The notes: generated by a model from the sequence alone, not told the origin. A stretch of 64,000 nt of DNA from Nitrospirales bacterium (GCA_965222275.1 OZ244941.1:1079184-1143183); one strand, 5' to 3'; positions 43,735 to 53,763 are shown, counted from the first letter of the stretch. A program made the numbers and translations.

Positions 43735-43887
43735 TCACCGGCGAAAGGCATCTTTGCCTTTCACAATGTTGGAGAGCAGTTCATCGGCTTGTTTGGCCGC
43801 CTTTCGCTTGCGCCACCACCGGATTCCGAATCGGCAGGCAAGAATCCCGGCCAGACAACCCACGACGATTCCCATCTCATCACTCAT
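43735..43887 (-). CDS. Possible small single-TM protein (50 aa)
   Basis: Hand translation gives MSDEMGIVVGCLAGILACRFGIRWWRKRKAAKQADELLSNIVKGKDAFRR-stop. It is too short for the ORF track. Confidence 0.3.
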   Translation of the reverse strand: MSDEMGIVVGCLAGILACRFGIRWWRKRKAAKQADELLSNIVKGKDAFRR

Positions 43888-43989
43888 GACGATAGTCTAG
43901 TGCAACCTCATCCTGTGATCAAGGCGGTTCCTCGGTGATTCCGGCCTGCCGTTCCACCGATAACGGCTCGTAAAAGAAAGCGTCACTCT

Positions 43990-44994
43990 ATGGAATTGTG
44001 GGTGTTACTCATTTCGTTGATTGTGATCCTGATCGGCGCGGAAACGTTTACCAATGCGCTCGAGCATTTCGGACAACGGTTACGCATTTCCGAGGGAGTC
44101 ACGGGATCGGTGTTTGCGGCCGTGGGCACGGCATTGCCGGAGACGATGGTCCCGATCGTGGCCGTGTTGGCCGCCAGTGGGGATTTATCGGTTCGGCATG
44201 ACGTCGGGGTGGGGGCCATTTTGGGTGCTCCGTTGATGCTTTCGACCGTCGCGTTTTTTTTAATGGGAACGTTCGCCGCCCAGCGTCGTGGGTGGGCTCA
44301 AGCCTTTCGTCCCGAGCCCACCGGCGTGCACCGGGACCTGGATTGGTTTCTCTTTGCTTTTGCGTTGGCGACCCTCGCGATCTTCGTGCCTCCGGAATGG
44401 CGCTGGGCACGCGTGTCGTTGGCGTTGGGATTGACCCTGAGTTATTTTATCTATTTGCTGTTGACGATTCGCGCCTCACAGGGTCTGGTTGAGCAGGGCC
44501 ATGGAACCGAGGCGGATCACCCGCTGTTTTTGAGCCGGTTCCGCATCCCCGAGAACCTTGCCACGATTCTCTTGCAACTGGTCCTCGGATTCGGGTTGAT
44601 CATTGGAGGGGCCAAGGGCTTCGTTTACGGCGTGGAGCATTTAGCCGCCTGGCTTGGGCTTTCCACCTTGGCCTTGTCGTTGTTGATTGTACCGGTGGCG
44701 ACCGAATTGCCGGAAAAAGTGAATAGTATTATTTGGGTGCGGCGGGGCCGGGATACCTTGGCCTTTGGCAACATCACCGGGGCGATGGTGTTTCAAGGGA
44801 GTCTGCTCCCTGCCTTGGGGATCTTGTTGACGCCCTGGGTTCCACGAAAAGAAGCCCTGTGGGGGATAGGGTTGACGTTCCTTGCCGCGGTCTATCTCAA
44901 ACTTCGTTTGCGGTCCCGGCCCTTGAGGCCCTACCATCTGATTTTCAATGGCCTGTGCTATCTCGCTTTCGTCTTACTCATTGCTTTTGGGTAA
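43990..44994 (+). CDS. Sodium/calcium exchanger (CaCA family) membrane protein
   Basis: Two alpha-repeat regions: GAETFTNALEHFGQRLRISEGVTGSVFAAVGTALPE and LLIVPVATELPEKVNSI. Confidence 0.8.
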   Translation: MELWVLLISLIVILIGAETFTNALEHFGQRLRISEGVTGSVFAAVGTALPETMVPIVAVLAASGDLSVRHDVGVGAILGAPLMLSTVAFFLMGTFAAQRRGWAQAFRPEPTGVHRDLDWFLFAFALATLAIFVPPEWRWARVSLALGLTLSYFIYLLLTIRASQGLVEQGHGTEADHPLFLSRFRIPENLATILLQLVLGFGLIIGGAKGFVYGVEHLAAWLGLSTLALSLLIVPVATELPEKVNSIIWVRRGRDTLAFGNITGAMVFQGSLLPALGILLTPWVPRKEALWGIGLTFLAAVYLKLRLRSRPLRPYHLIFNGLCYLAFVLLIAFG

Positions 44995-45138
44995 ATGAGC
45001 GGATGGAAGTGCCGGGATTGTGGAGCCGTATTCGGGATGAAAATGTTTGTAGTCTCTCTCCGGTTTTTTATACAATAGCGTTCTTGCCGGGTCGTCTTTT
45101 TGCTTTTCATCCGAAACTTGCGTGGTTTTGAGGGGCAT

Positions 45139-45759
45139 ATGAAATCACCCGTGGTGACCTGTTTGGATATGGAGGGCGTGTTAACGCCGGAAATTTGGCT
45201 GGCGTTGTCCGAGAAAACGGGGATTGCCGACTTACAGGTCACCACCCGGGACATTCCCGACTATGACGAACTCATGAAGCTTCGCCTGGACATTCTGGCT
45301 AAATTCCATCTTAAGCTGTCGGATATCAGTGAGGTGGTTGCGGGGCTGAAACCCCTGGATGGCGCCGTGGAATTTTTGACGTGGTTGCGAGAGCGGTGTC
45401 AGGTCATTATTTTGTCGGACAGTTATTATGACCTGGTCAGTCCCCTGATGAAACAACTGCACTATCCTTCCATATTTTGTCACACCCTGGAGATTGACGA
45501 CGAAGGATACATTCGGAACTATTCGCTCCGGCAAAAAGACCAGAAACGCCATGCGGTGGCAGCCGTCAAGAGCCTGAATTTTCACGTATTGGCTGCGGGA
45601 GATTCCTATAACGACGTGTCGATGCTGCAAGAGGCCGATGCCGGATTTTTCTTCCGTCCTCCGGAGACGATTTGTTCCGAATATCCTCAATTTCCGGTCA
45701 CCCGTTCCTATCCTGAACTGATGGAACAGTTCGTGTGTGCCGGAGGGTTACGTCACTGA
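45139..45759 (+). CDS. thrH: Phosphoserine phosphatase / homoserine phosphotransferase (ThrH type, HAD superfamily)
   Basis: It is collinear with Pseudomonas ThrH as I recall it: CLDMEGVLTPEIW, TTRDIPDYDELMKLRL, VIILSDSYY, AAGDSYNDVSML, EYPQFP. Confidence 0.75.
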   Translation: MKSPVVTCLDMEGVLTPEIWLALSEKTGIADLQVTTRDIPDYDELMKLRLDILAKFHLKLSDISEVVAGLKPLDGAVEFLTWLRERCQVIILSDSYYDLVSPLMKQLHYPSIFCHTLEIDDEGYIRNYSLRQKDQKRHAVAAVKSLNFHVLAAGDSYNDVSMLQEADAGFFFRPPETICSEYPQFPVTRSYPELMEQFVCAGGLRH

Positions 45760-45884
45760 GGTCACAACGTCAACCCGTTACGCATGAATCCGGTCGGTCG
45801 CGGCAAAACGCGAAGCAGGTGTCGTTCATGCATTACCCATCATTGCAACGGTTGGAAACTGTTGCTTGCCAAAGGAGGCAACAT

Positions 45885-46628
45885 ATGAGTCGCCTGTCTG
45901 TCGTGCACAAGGCGTGTGGTATTCTTCTGATCGTGTCATTGACGATAACGGGCTGCTTAGGCTCACGGGATTGGGAGTACCCGCCTCCCCCGGATAGGAC
46001 GTATTTGAACGTGACGGCTGACCAGAAGGTTGCCGGCAGTCTGGTGGTCGTTCCTCTTGATGATAAGCGGGGCACGGAGGTGCGCGAACAATATTGGGCA
46101 GCCGTGATTCCCTTCGTTCCTCATGCCTCCACGGTCTATGATCGACCTGAGACGGTTTCGAGCCCTGCCCCCGTTGACGGAGTGTCCTTTGCCCCGTCAC
46201 GCGATTTTGCGCGTGCCTTGGCGGATGAAATTCGAAAGACGAATATGTTTTCTTCCGTGACGTTTGTCGACCAGGACCAACCCCTGCCTCCCAGTGATTT
46301 TGTCTTGCAAGGGCGTCTCTATTCGACGCGGTGGGAGCGGAATATTTCCACGTATCTTTTAGGTCCCGTCGGCACGGTTTTGTGGATAGCCGGCCTGCCG
46401 CTGGGAACGACCGAAACTGAGGTGGAAATGGATCTGCAATTAACCCCGGCGGGGGAGCCGGGCAACGTGCTGTGGGGCTTTGCCATGGAATTTGAAGCGC
46501 AGGAAACGGATAGCCTCTATCAGGGGTTGGAGGATTCCGTGACGAATTACCCGAGAGGCCTTCAGGATGGGCTGCGGCTTGCCATTAACGATTTGGTGGC
46601 AGAAGCGCCCGCACGCCTCAAGCGCTGA
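45885..46628 (+). CDS. Hypothetical lipoprotein (247 aa)
   Basis: RBS aaaggagg, and MSRLSVVHKACGILLIVSLTITGC (lipobox). Confidence 0.6.
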   Translation: MSRLSVVHKACGILLIVSLTITGCLGSRDWEYPPPPDRTYLNVTADQKVAGSLVVVPLDDKRGTEVREQYWAAVIPFVPHASTVYDRPETVSSPAPVDGVSFAPSRDFARALADEIRKTNMFSSVTFVDQDQPLPPSDFVLQGRLYSTRWERNISTYLLGPVGTVLWIAGLPLGTTETEVEMDLQLTPAGEPGNVLWGFAMEFEAQETDSLYQGLEDSVTNYPRGLQDGLRLAINDLVAEAPARLKR

Positions 46629-46678
46629 GACGGCAAGAGGTTCCGAGGGGGCTTTGTCTCGCAAGGTGGGTGTCGGGC

Positions 46679-47002
46679 ATGGGAGCAGTTGTTGTCCTGG
46701 TAACGGCTTCGAGCCAAGAAGAAGCGCTGCTGATCGGGCGCCGCGTTGTGGAAAAAAAGCTGGCGGCTTGTGTCACGGTCGTGCCCCAAGTCATGTCCAT
46801 TTTTGAATGGGAAGGCAAAGTCTGCGAAGAACATGAATGGCTGCTGGTCATGAAATCGGATGCCGACGTCTACGAGGCCCTGGAAGCTGAAGTGAAAACC
46901 CTCCACGGCTATGAGGTCCCTGAAATTCTCGCCCTGTCGGTCGTGAAGGGCTCAAGCGACTATCTGGCGTGGGTCAAGGCCATGACCCGGGTGCCCGGTT
47001 AG
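46679..47002 (+). CDS. cutA: Divalent-cation tolerance protein CutA
   Basis: VVVLVTASSQEEALLIGRRVVEKKLAACV...IFEWEGKV..EHEWLLVMKS...HGYEVPEILAL. Confidence 0.85.
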   Translation: MGAVVVLVTASSQEEALLIGRRVVEKKLAACVTVVPQVMSIFEWEGKVCEEHEWLLVMKSDADVYEALEAEVKTLHGYEVPEILALSVVKGSSDYLAWVKAMTRVPG

Positions 47003-47160
47003 CCTGCCTGCCGTTCTCCCTCAATTCTCCGGATGATGGGGAGGCGAGCCGTTTGTCAAAAGGAATACACAGGAGTACCCCGTATTGACCCTAGCGGACT
47101 GTGTTCAGTACAGTAGTGCGTCGAAAGCCAAGCGAACAATCGTGAACCCGGGTTGCTCTC

Positions 47161-48168
47161 ATGAAACCCTCTGCTGACAGATGGACGGTGGTGTTGTTTC
47201 GGGGTACGACCGGGAACCCGCTCGGAACCACCGGGAACCCGCTCCGGATCAGTGTGCGCAAGACGACGGTCAAGCGCGTGCTGCTGGCGGTCGTGATTCT
47301 GGCGGTCGTGCAAGTGGGGGTGCTGGTGCAATACGTGGTGCAGACGACCCGGGTGACGAACCAGGGTGCCGAACTCGAAGGGTTGAAGGCAGAACTCAGC
47401 CAGTCCAGAGAACAAGCGGTTGGGTTTTCCGCAGCCATCGATGACATGCAGCAGCGTGTCCTGACGATCCAATCGTTAAACGAAAAATTGCAAGTGATGT
47501 TCGGGCTGGAACCCGAGAAAAGGGCGGACGCGGACGGCAAAGGCCAAGGCGGCGAAGAGGTGCCGTATGAAGCGGCCCTTGATCGGGTAACGGGGATCCG
47601 GGCTTTCGACTCGCTCGCGGCGGATGGAGCGGGCGCGTATCCCGGTAATTCCGATGCCACGATGGCGGCGGACATCAAAGAGAGACTGTCCTGGCTCGAG
47701 CGCCAGACCGTGCGCCAACTCCACATGCTGGCCCGGTTGGAACAAACAGCGGGAGAACGGGTGGGCCTGTGGGCTGCGACCCCGTCCATCTGGCCCGTCA
47801 AAGGCCCCGTGTCCTCAAAGTTTGGGCCACGCATTTCACCCTTTACCGGCAAGAAAGCCTTCCATGCGGGCGTGGATATCAGTGCCCCACGCGGGGAAAC
47901 CGTGCGGTCCCCCGCCAAAGGCAAAGTCGTCGTGGCCGCCTATGATTCGAAGATAGGAAATTACATTCGGATCAATCATCGGCATGGCGTCGAGACGACC
48001 TACGGCCATCTGTTCAAAATACTCGTGCGCTACGGCCAGGAAGTGAAACGGGGCGACGTCCTGGGCCAGGTCGGCAGCACCGGCCGGTTTTCCACCGGTC
48101 CGCACCTGCATTACCAGATAGCCGTAAACGATAAAGTCGTGGATCCGCTCCAGTATATTTTGGATTAA
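47161..48168 (+). CDS. M23/LytM-family peptidoglycan endopeptidase with coiled-coil N-region
   Basis: SKFGPRISPFTGKKAFHAGVDISAPRGETVRSPAKGKVV...GHLF...GSTGRFSTGPHLHY (the HxxxD...HxH metal motifs). Confidence 0.85.
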   Translation: MKPSADRWTVVLFRGTTGNPLGTTGNPLRISVRKTTVKRVLLAVVILAVVQVGVLVQYVVQTTRVTNQGAELEGLKAELSQSREQAVGFSAAIDDMQQRVLTIQSLNEKLQVMFGLEPEKRADADGKGQGGEEVPYEAALDRVTGIRAFDSLAADGAGAYPGNSDATMAADIKERLSWLERQTVRQLHMLARLEQTAGERVGLWAATPSIWPVKGPVSSKFGPRISPFTGKKAFHAGVDISAPRGETVRSPAKGKVVVAAYDSKIGNYIRINHRHGVETTYGHLFKILVRYGQEVKRGDVLGQVGSTGRFSTGPHLHYQIAVNDKVVDPLQYILD

Positions 48169-48641
48169 TGTCTGCATACGCTGATTCGTCCTGGGATTGA
48201 GCACCTCACAAAAAATGCGACGCGACGAGGTGTTCCCGCGTCGTGTTTCGTCGAAACAGGAGAATGGGGCCAAAGGCCTAGCCTCCAAATCCCTGCATAG
48301 GGCTTCTTTGTAAAGAGGTGGGTCTTCTTTTTTGTTGCCTTCTGCCATGGTTCGGTCTTAGGATAACCGTGTGGTCCTTGGCGTAGAGGGTCTGCCGGAG
48401 TGTCTTACCGAACAATGAAGGATCGTATGCTTCTCCGGAAAATCGGGAGGCGAGGAAACGGGTGGGATTCTCAGAGGTCTTTACTAGAGGCCCCCATCTA
48501 CGCTAAGGTTGTGGAACCGTACCGGAAAGACAACGAGAAAGAGAGCAGAGGACCAGAGAGAACGCAGTCGATTTTCCGGGCACGCTGCCGATGGGCTGAG
48601 TCGCTAACGTAATAAAAACGTATCAAGAAGGGGGATCTACG

Positions 48642-49532
48642 ATGAGCCTCGATTATGTTAAGTTTACACCAGGCTTTGGAAAGTTCATGCCGAAAGAATA
48701 TCGGGATATGGTGGAGCATGGTCCATTTGGGAAAAAAATCTCAGTATCTCAAGTGGGAACCTTTAAGGAGATTTTAGAAGAACACCCAATGTGTGCGGGA
48801 TGTGCCATGACCCTCTTCATTCGGCTGGCTATCATTGCTTTTCCGAATCCGGAAGATACCATCACGGTCGGGACGGCGGGTTGTGGCCGGCTGGCGATCT
48901 CGCAAGCAGCCATCCCATTCGTGTACGGCAATTATGGGGACCAGAATGGGGTCGCCAGTGGATTGGCCCGCGGCCTTCGTCTGCGTTTTGGTGATAAACC
49001 AAAGGACGTGGTCGTGATGGCGGGAGACGGCGGCATGGCTGATATCGGGTTCGCCCAAACCCTGCACTCGTGGTTCAGAAAAGAAAAATTCACCACCATT
49101 ATGTTGGACAATGAGGTCTATGGAAATACCGGCGGCCAGGAAAGTGGGATGACGAACAAGAATCAGGTATTGAAAATGGCGCCGCTCGGGAAGAAGTTCG
49201 AGAAAATGGATATGTTGGGTATGGCAAAAGTTGCCGGTTGCGCGTACGTGGCGACGGTGGTTCCCAATAACCCACGGCGAGTTGAAAGTGTGATCAAAAA
49301 GGCCGTGCTGGTCGCAAGAGAAATCGGCCCCAGCTACATCCAGGCCTACACGTCCTGTAATATCGAATACGCGATTCCAACGGACAAGGTGCTGGAAGAC
49401 TGCAAAACCGTGGAGACCGACCGCTACAAATTTTCGGAATACATTACGGATGAAGCCAAGGAGTGTTTGGCCCAGTTGTACGGGTACAAAGAATATCTCC
49501 CGAAGCCTGCGGCCGCCCTAGAAAAGCGGTAA
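48642..49532 (+). CDS. 2-oxoacid:ferredoxin oxidoreductase, beta (TPP-binding) subunit
   Basis: CAGCAMT, GCGR, and the TPP motif GDGGMADIGF...LDNEVYGNTGGQ. Confidence 0.88.
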   Translation: MSLDYVKFTPGFGKFMPKEYRDMVEHGPFGKKISVSQVGTFKEILEEHPMCAGCAMTLFIRLAIIAFPNPEDTITVGTAGCGRLAISQAAIPFVYGNYGDQNGVASGLARGLRLRFGDKPKDVVVMAGDGGMADIGFAQTLHSWFRKEKFTTIMLDNEVYGNTGGQESGMTNKNQVLKMAPLGKKFEKMDMLGMAKVAGCAYVATVVPNNPRRVESVIKKAVLVAREIGPSYIQAYTSCNIEYAIPTDKVLEDCKTVETDRYKFSEYITDEAKECLAQLYGYKEYLPKPAAALEKR

Positions 49533-49593
49533 GTGTGGTCGACTGAGAGAGGAAGGATTGGTGCGTACGTGACGAGAGAGGAGGGTGAAGACA

Positions 49594-50298
49594 ATGGCGA
49601 TTCGTTTTAACATTCGTATGGCAGGAGTTGGAGGACAAGGGGTCGTCACGGGCTCTCATATCTTCAGTACAGGGGTGATCAATGCCGGCGGAGAGAGCAC
49701 GATCGTGCCTTTTTATGGTTCCGAAAAGCGAATGGCGCCAGTGGAAAGTTACGTGAGGGTCTCTGACGAGCCGATTTATGAAATCGGCGAAATCACGTTC
49801 CCCCACATTATCATGATCTTCCACCCGCAGGTGATTACCCATGGGAAAAGCTACACGAATCCGTTTTACTTTGGATTGAAAAAGGACGGGATTGCCCTGA
49901 TCAACCACGATGGTCCGATGAGACTCGAGCCTGACCAGGAGCGTGAACTCGCCGAATTGAACGCCAAACTGTTCTATTTGCCCGCAACGACACTTTCGCT
50001 TGACGTGGCCGGAATCGACTTGGCCACGAATATGGCCATGGTGGGCGCCATGGGCGCCATTACGAGTCTTACGAATATGGAGGCCCTGGCCCAAGCGGTG
50101 AAGGATCGATTCCTCGGAAAAGGATTTGTGGTATCCGGAGGCACGGCAGCCTTGGATAGTGTGGTCGAGAGAAAGTTCAAGAAGAAGCAGGATTTGATCG
50201 AGAAGAATCTGGCGGTGGTCCAGGCGGCCTGGGAATATGCCGTCGAACACGATTGGGTTCAAGCGAAACGGACGTCCACCACGCCGGCCATGGCGTAA
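49594..50298 (+). CDS. 2-oxoacid:ferredoxin oxidoreductase, gamma subunit
   Basis: IRMAGVGGQGVVTGSHI and the length (~234 aa) are typical of the POR/KOR gamma domain. Confidence 0.85.
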   Translation: MAIRFNIRMAGVGGQGVVTGSHIFSTGVINAGGESTIVPFYGSEKRMAPVESYVRVSDEPIYEIGEITFPHIIMIFHPQVITHGKSYTNPFYFGLKKDGIALINHDGPMRLEPDQERELAELNAKLFYLPATTLSLDVAGIDLATNMAMVGAMGAITSLTNMEALAQAVKDRFLGKGFVVSGGTAALDSVVERKFKKKQDLIEKNLAVVQAAWEYAVEHDWVQAKRTSTTPAMA

Positions 50299-50324
50299 TG
50301 CGCTAACCGACGAGAGAGGCCTGT

Positions 50325-50654
50325 ATGTATTTAGTTGCGAATATCGATACCGAAATTTGTGCAGCCACGAGTTGCAAATTGTGCACGCAATATTGTCCTG
50401 AGGCCAATACCATCCTGTATGACAATGCGGCCGGCGAGGATAAAGGGTTCAAATATGGAGCCGCCTATGTTGCCGTGGATCGCTGTAAGGGATGTGCGCA
50501 GTGTGTCTGGGTGTGCGACAACATGGCCAAGCACAATGCCATCAAAATGGAAATGATTGATCAAATTGGTGACACGGCCCTGACGGAAAACGTGACCTAT
50601 GGTGAAAAAACGAGCCATGCACTCTTAGCCAATCCCGTTCGAGGGCAAATGTGA
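50325..50654 (+). CDS. 2-oxoacid:ferredoxin oxidoreductase, delta (2x[4Fe-4S] ferredoxin) subunit
   Basis: Two cluster motifs: C..ATSCKLCTQYCPE and CKGCAQCVWVCDN. Confidence 0.85.
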   Translation: MYLVANIDTEICAATSCKLCTQYCPEANTILYDNAAGEDKGFKYGAAYVAVDRCKGCAQCVWVCDNMAKHNAIKMEMIDQIGDTALTENVTYGEKTSHALLANPVRGQM

Positions 50655-50720
50655 GGGATTGCGTGTAGATCACAAGGACGGTATTCGTCTCAACCCGGAA
50701 AAATTGAGTGGAGGACATAA

Positions 50721-51476
50721 GTGGAAGCAACCAAGTTAGAAAGAATCGTTGAACCGGGTCCGGCTGGATTTCACCCGCCATCCGCGGCCGAATTGGGTGT
50801 CCTTCCCCCGGTACCGGAGCATGGACTGACGTTTGGCCATGAAGTTCCGGAAGAACAGGCGATGGAAGAAATGGCCAGAGCCATGTTCACGAGAAAAAAT
50901 GCGACGATTTTCCCCGGTCCCCTGGTGTTATGGAATTGGAATGGGCACGCGGCCGAGAAGGCCAAAGCCGTCTTGGAACTCGCGGCCCAAATCCCGGAAG
51001 TGCTCATTATCCCGATGCCCGATTATCGTCCCAAATATCCGAAGATCGAGCCGGAGGAAGTGATCAACCCCAATCATCCCAATCTCACGATATGGGGCAA
51101 TAAAATAGAAGCGTGTATTTTCATTGGCGTGCATTGTCATTACGCCAATCTGACGCTGAAAATGATTCGAGCCGGGACGAATTGCTGGACGTCGGCGATT
51201 TGCGCGGAACAAGGCCATGAAGATGCCATGTTCACGGTTCGGGATTCCGATGCAGCCAAGATTCGAAAAGTGACGCAGGTGTTCAAACGCGTTCGTGAGG
51301 AAATGGGGATTGCGTTGCCGGACAATGGCGAGAGTGTCCGTTTCACGGGGTTGCAATCCCGCGTGCATGACGGCAAAACGCATACGAATCCCTTGGACAT
51401 TCCACTGGGAGAAGACGGGACGGCAAGTGCTGCGGCCTTCGGGCATAAAGCCGAAGATATGCAGCGTGAGGGCTAG
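50721..51476 (+). CDS. Fifth (epsilon-type) subunit of five-subunit 2-oxoacid:ferredoxin oxidoreductase
   Basis: GTG start with RBS ggagga. It is embedded between the delta and alpha genes, as in the Hydrogenobacter-type five-subunit POR/OGOR enzymes. It has no cofactor motif, so the call is by position. Confidence 0.65.
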   Translation: MEATKLERIVEPGPAGFHPPSAAELGVLPPVPEHGLTFGHEVPEEQAMEEMARAMFTRKNATIFPGPLVLWNWNGHAAEKAKAVLELAAQIPEVLIIPMPDYRPKYPKIEPEEVINPNHPNLTIWGNKIEACIFIGVHCHYANLTLKMIRAGTNCWTSAICAEQGHEDAMFTVRDSDAAKIRKVTQVFKRVREEMGIALPDNGESVRFTGLQSRVHDGKTHTNPLDIPLGEDGTASAAAFGHKAEDMQREG

Positions 51477-51547
51477 GCCTATTATGTTTGATCACACAAC
51501 CCCGGAAATTTGGTCTGGGATTGTCGCCACCCTGGAGGGGGTAAGCC

Positions 51548-52894
51548 ATGAGTGAAGCATTAGAAACGGAAGTCAAAACCAATCCGCAAGGCGACCCGAT
51601 TACCAGTACGGCTCCTGCACCTTCCAGTCCGGGAAAGAAACAGGATCCTCATGCGGACGCCAAACGGCAACAGGTGGTTTCCCCGGAGCACATGTTTTTC
51701 GAGGCGCCGCGTGAGCGGGAATTCATTACGGGCAGTGAAGCCGCCAAAGAAGCCGTTCGCCGGTCCAACGTTGATCTCTCGATCGCCTATCCGATTACAC
51801 CCCAAAGTGAAACCATGCAGTTGATCGGGGTGTTGTATGGAGAAGGGTACGTCAAGGAATATTATCGGGGCGAAGAAGAATACGGCGTCATGTCGGCCAT
51901 TGCCGGCGGGTCCCGTTCCGGCGTGCGGTGTTTTACCGCGACGGCCGGACCTGGTACGCTACGAGGGCTTGAACCGATTGCCTCATGGCCGGGACATCGC
52001 CTTCCCGCCGTGGCCATGTTTACCTGCCGGGTGGTGAATGCGCCGTTAGCCATTCAGCCTGACAATATTGAAGTCGCGTACTTATTGAATTGCGGCATGA
52101 TCGTCTTTCACGCCGAGAATCAGCAGGATTTGTTTGATTACATCATGAAGGCGTTCATTATCAGTGAAAGGAATGACGTGACCCTACCGGTTGGGGTGTG
52201 CTGCGATGGGTTTTTCGTGACCCATGCACGGGGCTATTGTTCCATGCAGGATCGAAGCCTCAAATTGCCGCCGCGAGATGCCTGGAGAGGTGCGGTTCCC
52301 GTCTTGGATGCGGAAAATCCTCCGGCCAGGTTGTCGCGGGATGCGCCCGTCCAAAAATCGAATTTTATGGCGTACAATATCCACGCCGTGTGGCAACAAG
52401 AGATCTGGGCGGCGGTGGAACGGTCACGGAAATACATCGAACAATACATGGACGGCTTGATCGAGGCGAAAGACGTTGAGGGTGCCGACGTGCTGCTGAT
52501 TGCGTCGGGAAGCGCCGCGGCGCAGTCACGCGAAGCCATCCGGATGTGCAAAGACAAAGGCATTCAGGCGGGGTTGATTAAGGTGAAATCGCTTCGACCG
52601 TTCCCGACCAGGGAATTGCGGAAATTGTGCGCCAAGGCCAAACTGATTGTGGTGCCGGAATTCAATTACGTCGGGTGGTTGGCCAAAGACGTGGCGACGG
52701 CCATTTATGGCTACTCGAAAGCCAAAATCGTGGCAGGACCCCACGTCTATGGTGGCATGTCCATGCCGGTGGAAATGATCTTCGACGAGATCGAATGTGG
52801 GCTGACCGGGAAAAAGTCAGCGACGGTTCCTTCTTCCGCCATAATGGGCGCTGTCGACCAGGAAGCCGTGACTCACTTTATGCAAAATATTTAA
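51548..52894 (+). CDS. 2-oxoacid:ferredoxin oxidoreductase, alpha subunit
   Basis: FITGSEAAKEAVRRSNVDLSIAYPITPQSE and ATAGPG. The N-terminal ~45 aa form a low-complexity extension. Confidence 0.88.
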   Translation: MSEALETEVKTNPQGDPITSTAPAPSSPGKKQDPHADAKRQQVVSPEHMFFEAPREREFITGSEAAKEAVRRSNVDLSIAYPITPQSETMQLIGVLYGEGYVKEYYRGEEEYGVMSAIAGGSRSGVRCFTATAGPGTLRGLEPIASWPGHRLPAVAMFTCRVVNAPLAIQPDNIEVAYLLNCGMIVFHAENQQDLFDYIMKAFIISERNDVTLPVGVCCDGFFVTHARGYCSMQDRSLKLPPRDAWRGAVPVLDAENPPARLSRDAPVQKSNFMAYNIHAVWQQEIWAAVERSRKYIEQYMDGLIEAKDVEGADVLLIASGSAAAQSREAIRMCKDKGIQAGLIKVKSLRPFPTRELRKLCAKAKLIVVPEFNYVGWLAKDVATAIYGYSKAKIVAGPHVYGGMSMPVEMIFDEIECGLTGKKSATVPSSAIMGAVDQEAVTHFMQNI

Positions 52895-52932
52895 AAAAGT
52901 TTGTCATACTGTCTGTTGCGATTTTCGAAAAA

Positions 52933-52967
52933 AGCCTGCCTCAATTCCGTTGAGGTAGGCTTTTTTA
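52933..52967 (+). terminator. Rho-independent terminator of the oxidoreductase operon
   Basis: agcctgcctcaa-ttccg-ttgaggtaggct followed by tttttt. Confidence 0.75.
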
Positions 52968-52992
52968 TTGGACGGACGTATCACGGTTCGGG

Positions 52993-53763
52993 ATGAATAT
53001 CTTAATCACCAATGACGACGGCGTCGAATCGTCCGGTCTCCGCACCCTGGCGAAACACCTGAAGAAACTCGGCAACGTGTGGGTGGTGGCTCCCGAACGA
53101 CCACAGAACGCCATGGGGCGAGCCATTACCCTGCATAAGCCTCTCCGATTGAAGCAAATCGGTCGGCAAGTCTTTTCAGCGAACGGAACGCCGTCGGATT
53201 GCGTCATCTTGGCCGTGGGACAGGTCCTTCGGGATCGGCCGATCCATTTGGTGGTGTCGGGGATCAATAAAGGGCTGAATCTTGGTGACGACGTGACCAA
53301 TTCCGGAACCGTGGCCGCGGCTCTCGAAGGCGCGATCCGCGGCATTCCCTCGATGGCCGTGTCGCTGGATGGCCTGAAAAGATTCCGATTCCCGGCGGCG
53401 GCCATGGTCGCGGTCGAGGTGGCAACCCTGGTGCTAAAGGATGGGTTGCCGACCGATACGTTATTGAACGTCAACGTGCCCGACGTTCCGGCTGAAGCCC
53501 TGACGGGGATGCAGGTCACGTCGTTAAGCCGGCGACAGTATCGCAATTCCGTTATTGAAAACGTCGACCCACGGGGGAACGCGTATTATTGGATCGCAGG
53601 AGAACAGGTGACCTGGAACCGAAGAAAGAATTCCGACGTGGATGCCATTGCCGACAAAAAGGTCTCCCTGACGCCGCTGCATTTCGATATGACGCAGTAC
53701 CGCGCCATGAAAAAGTTGACGGCATGGGAATCCGCGTTGTCAACGCGAACGAGGTCATCCTGA
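52993..53763 (+). CDS. surE: 5'/3'-nucleotidase SurE
   Basis: MNILITNDDGVESSGLRTL, SGINKGLNLGDDVTNSGTVAAALEG and DVDAIADKKVSLTPL. Confidence 0.92.
   Translation: MNILITNDDGVESSGLRTLAKHLKKLGNVWVVAPERPQNAMGRAITLHKPLRLKQIGRQVFSANGTPSDCVILAVGQVLRDRPIHLVVSGINKGLNLGDDVTNSGTVAAALEGAIRGIPSMAVSLDGLKRFRFPAAAMVAVEVATLVLKDGLPTDTLLNVNVPDVPAEALTGMQVTSLSRRQYRNSVIENVDPRGNAYYWIAGEQVTWNRRKNSDVDAIADKKVSLTPLHFDMTQYRAMKKLTAWESALSTRTRSS

Noticed and set aside
47205-47246. 21-nt tandem duplication in the M23 peptidase gene (encoding GTTGNPL GTTGNPL).
   Set aside because: It is an in-frame, two-copy micro-duplication in a poorly conserved N-terminal tail. It is most likely a neutral slippage event.
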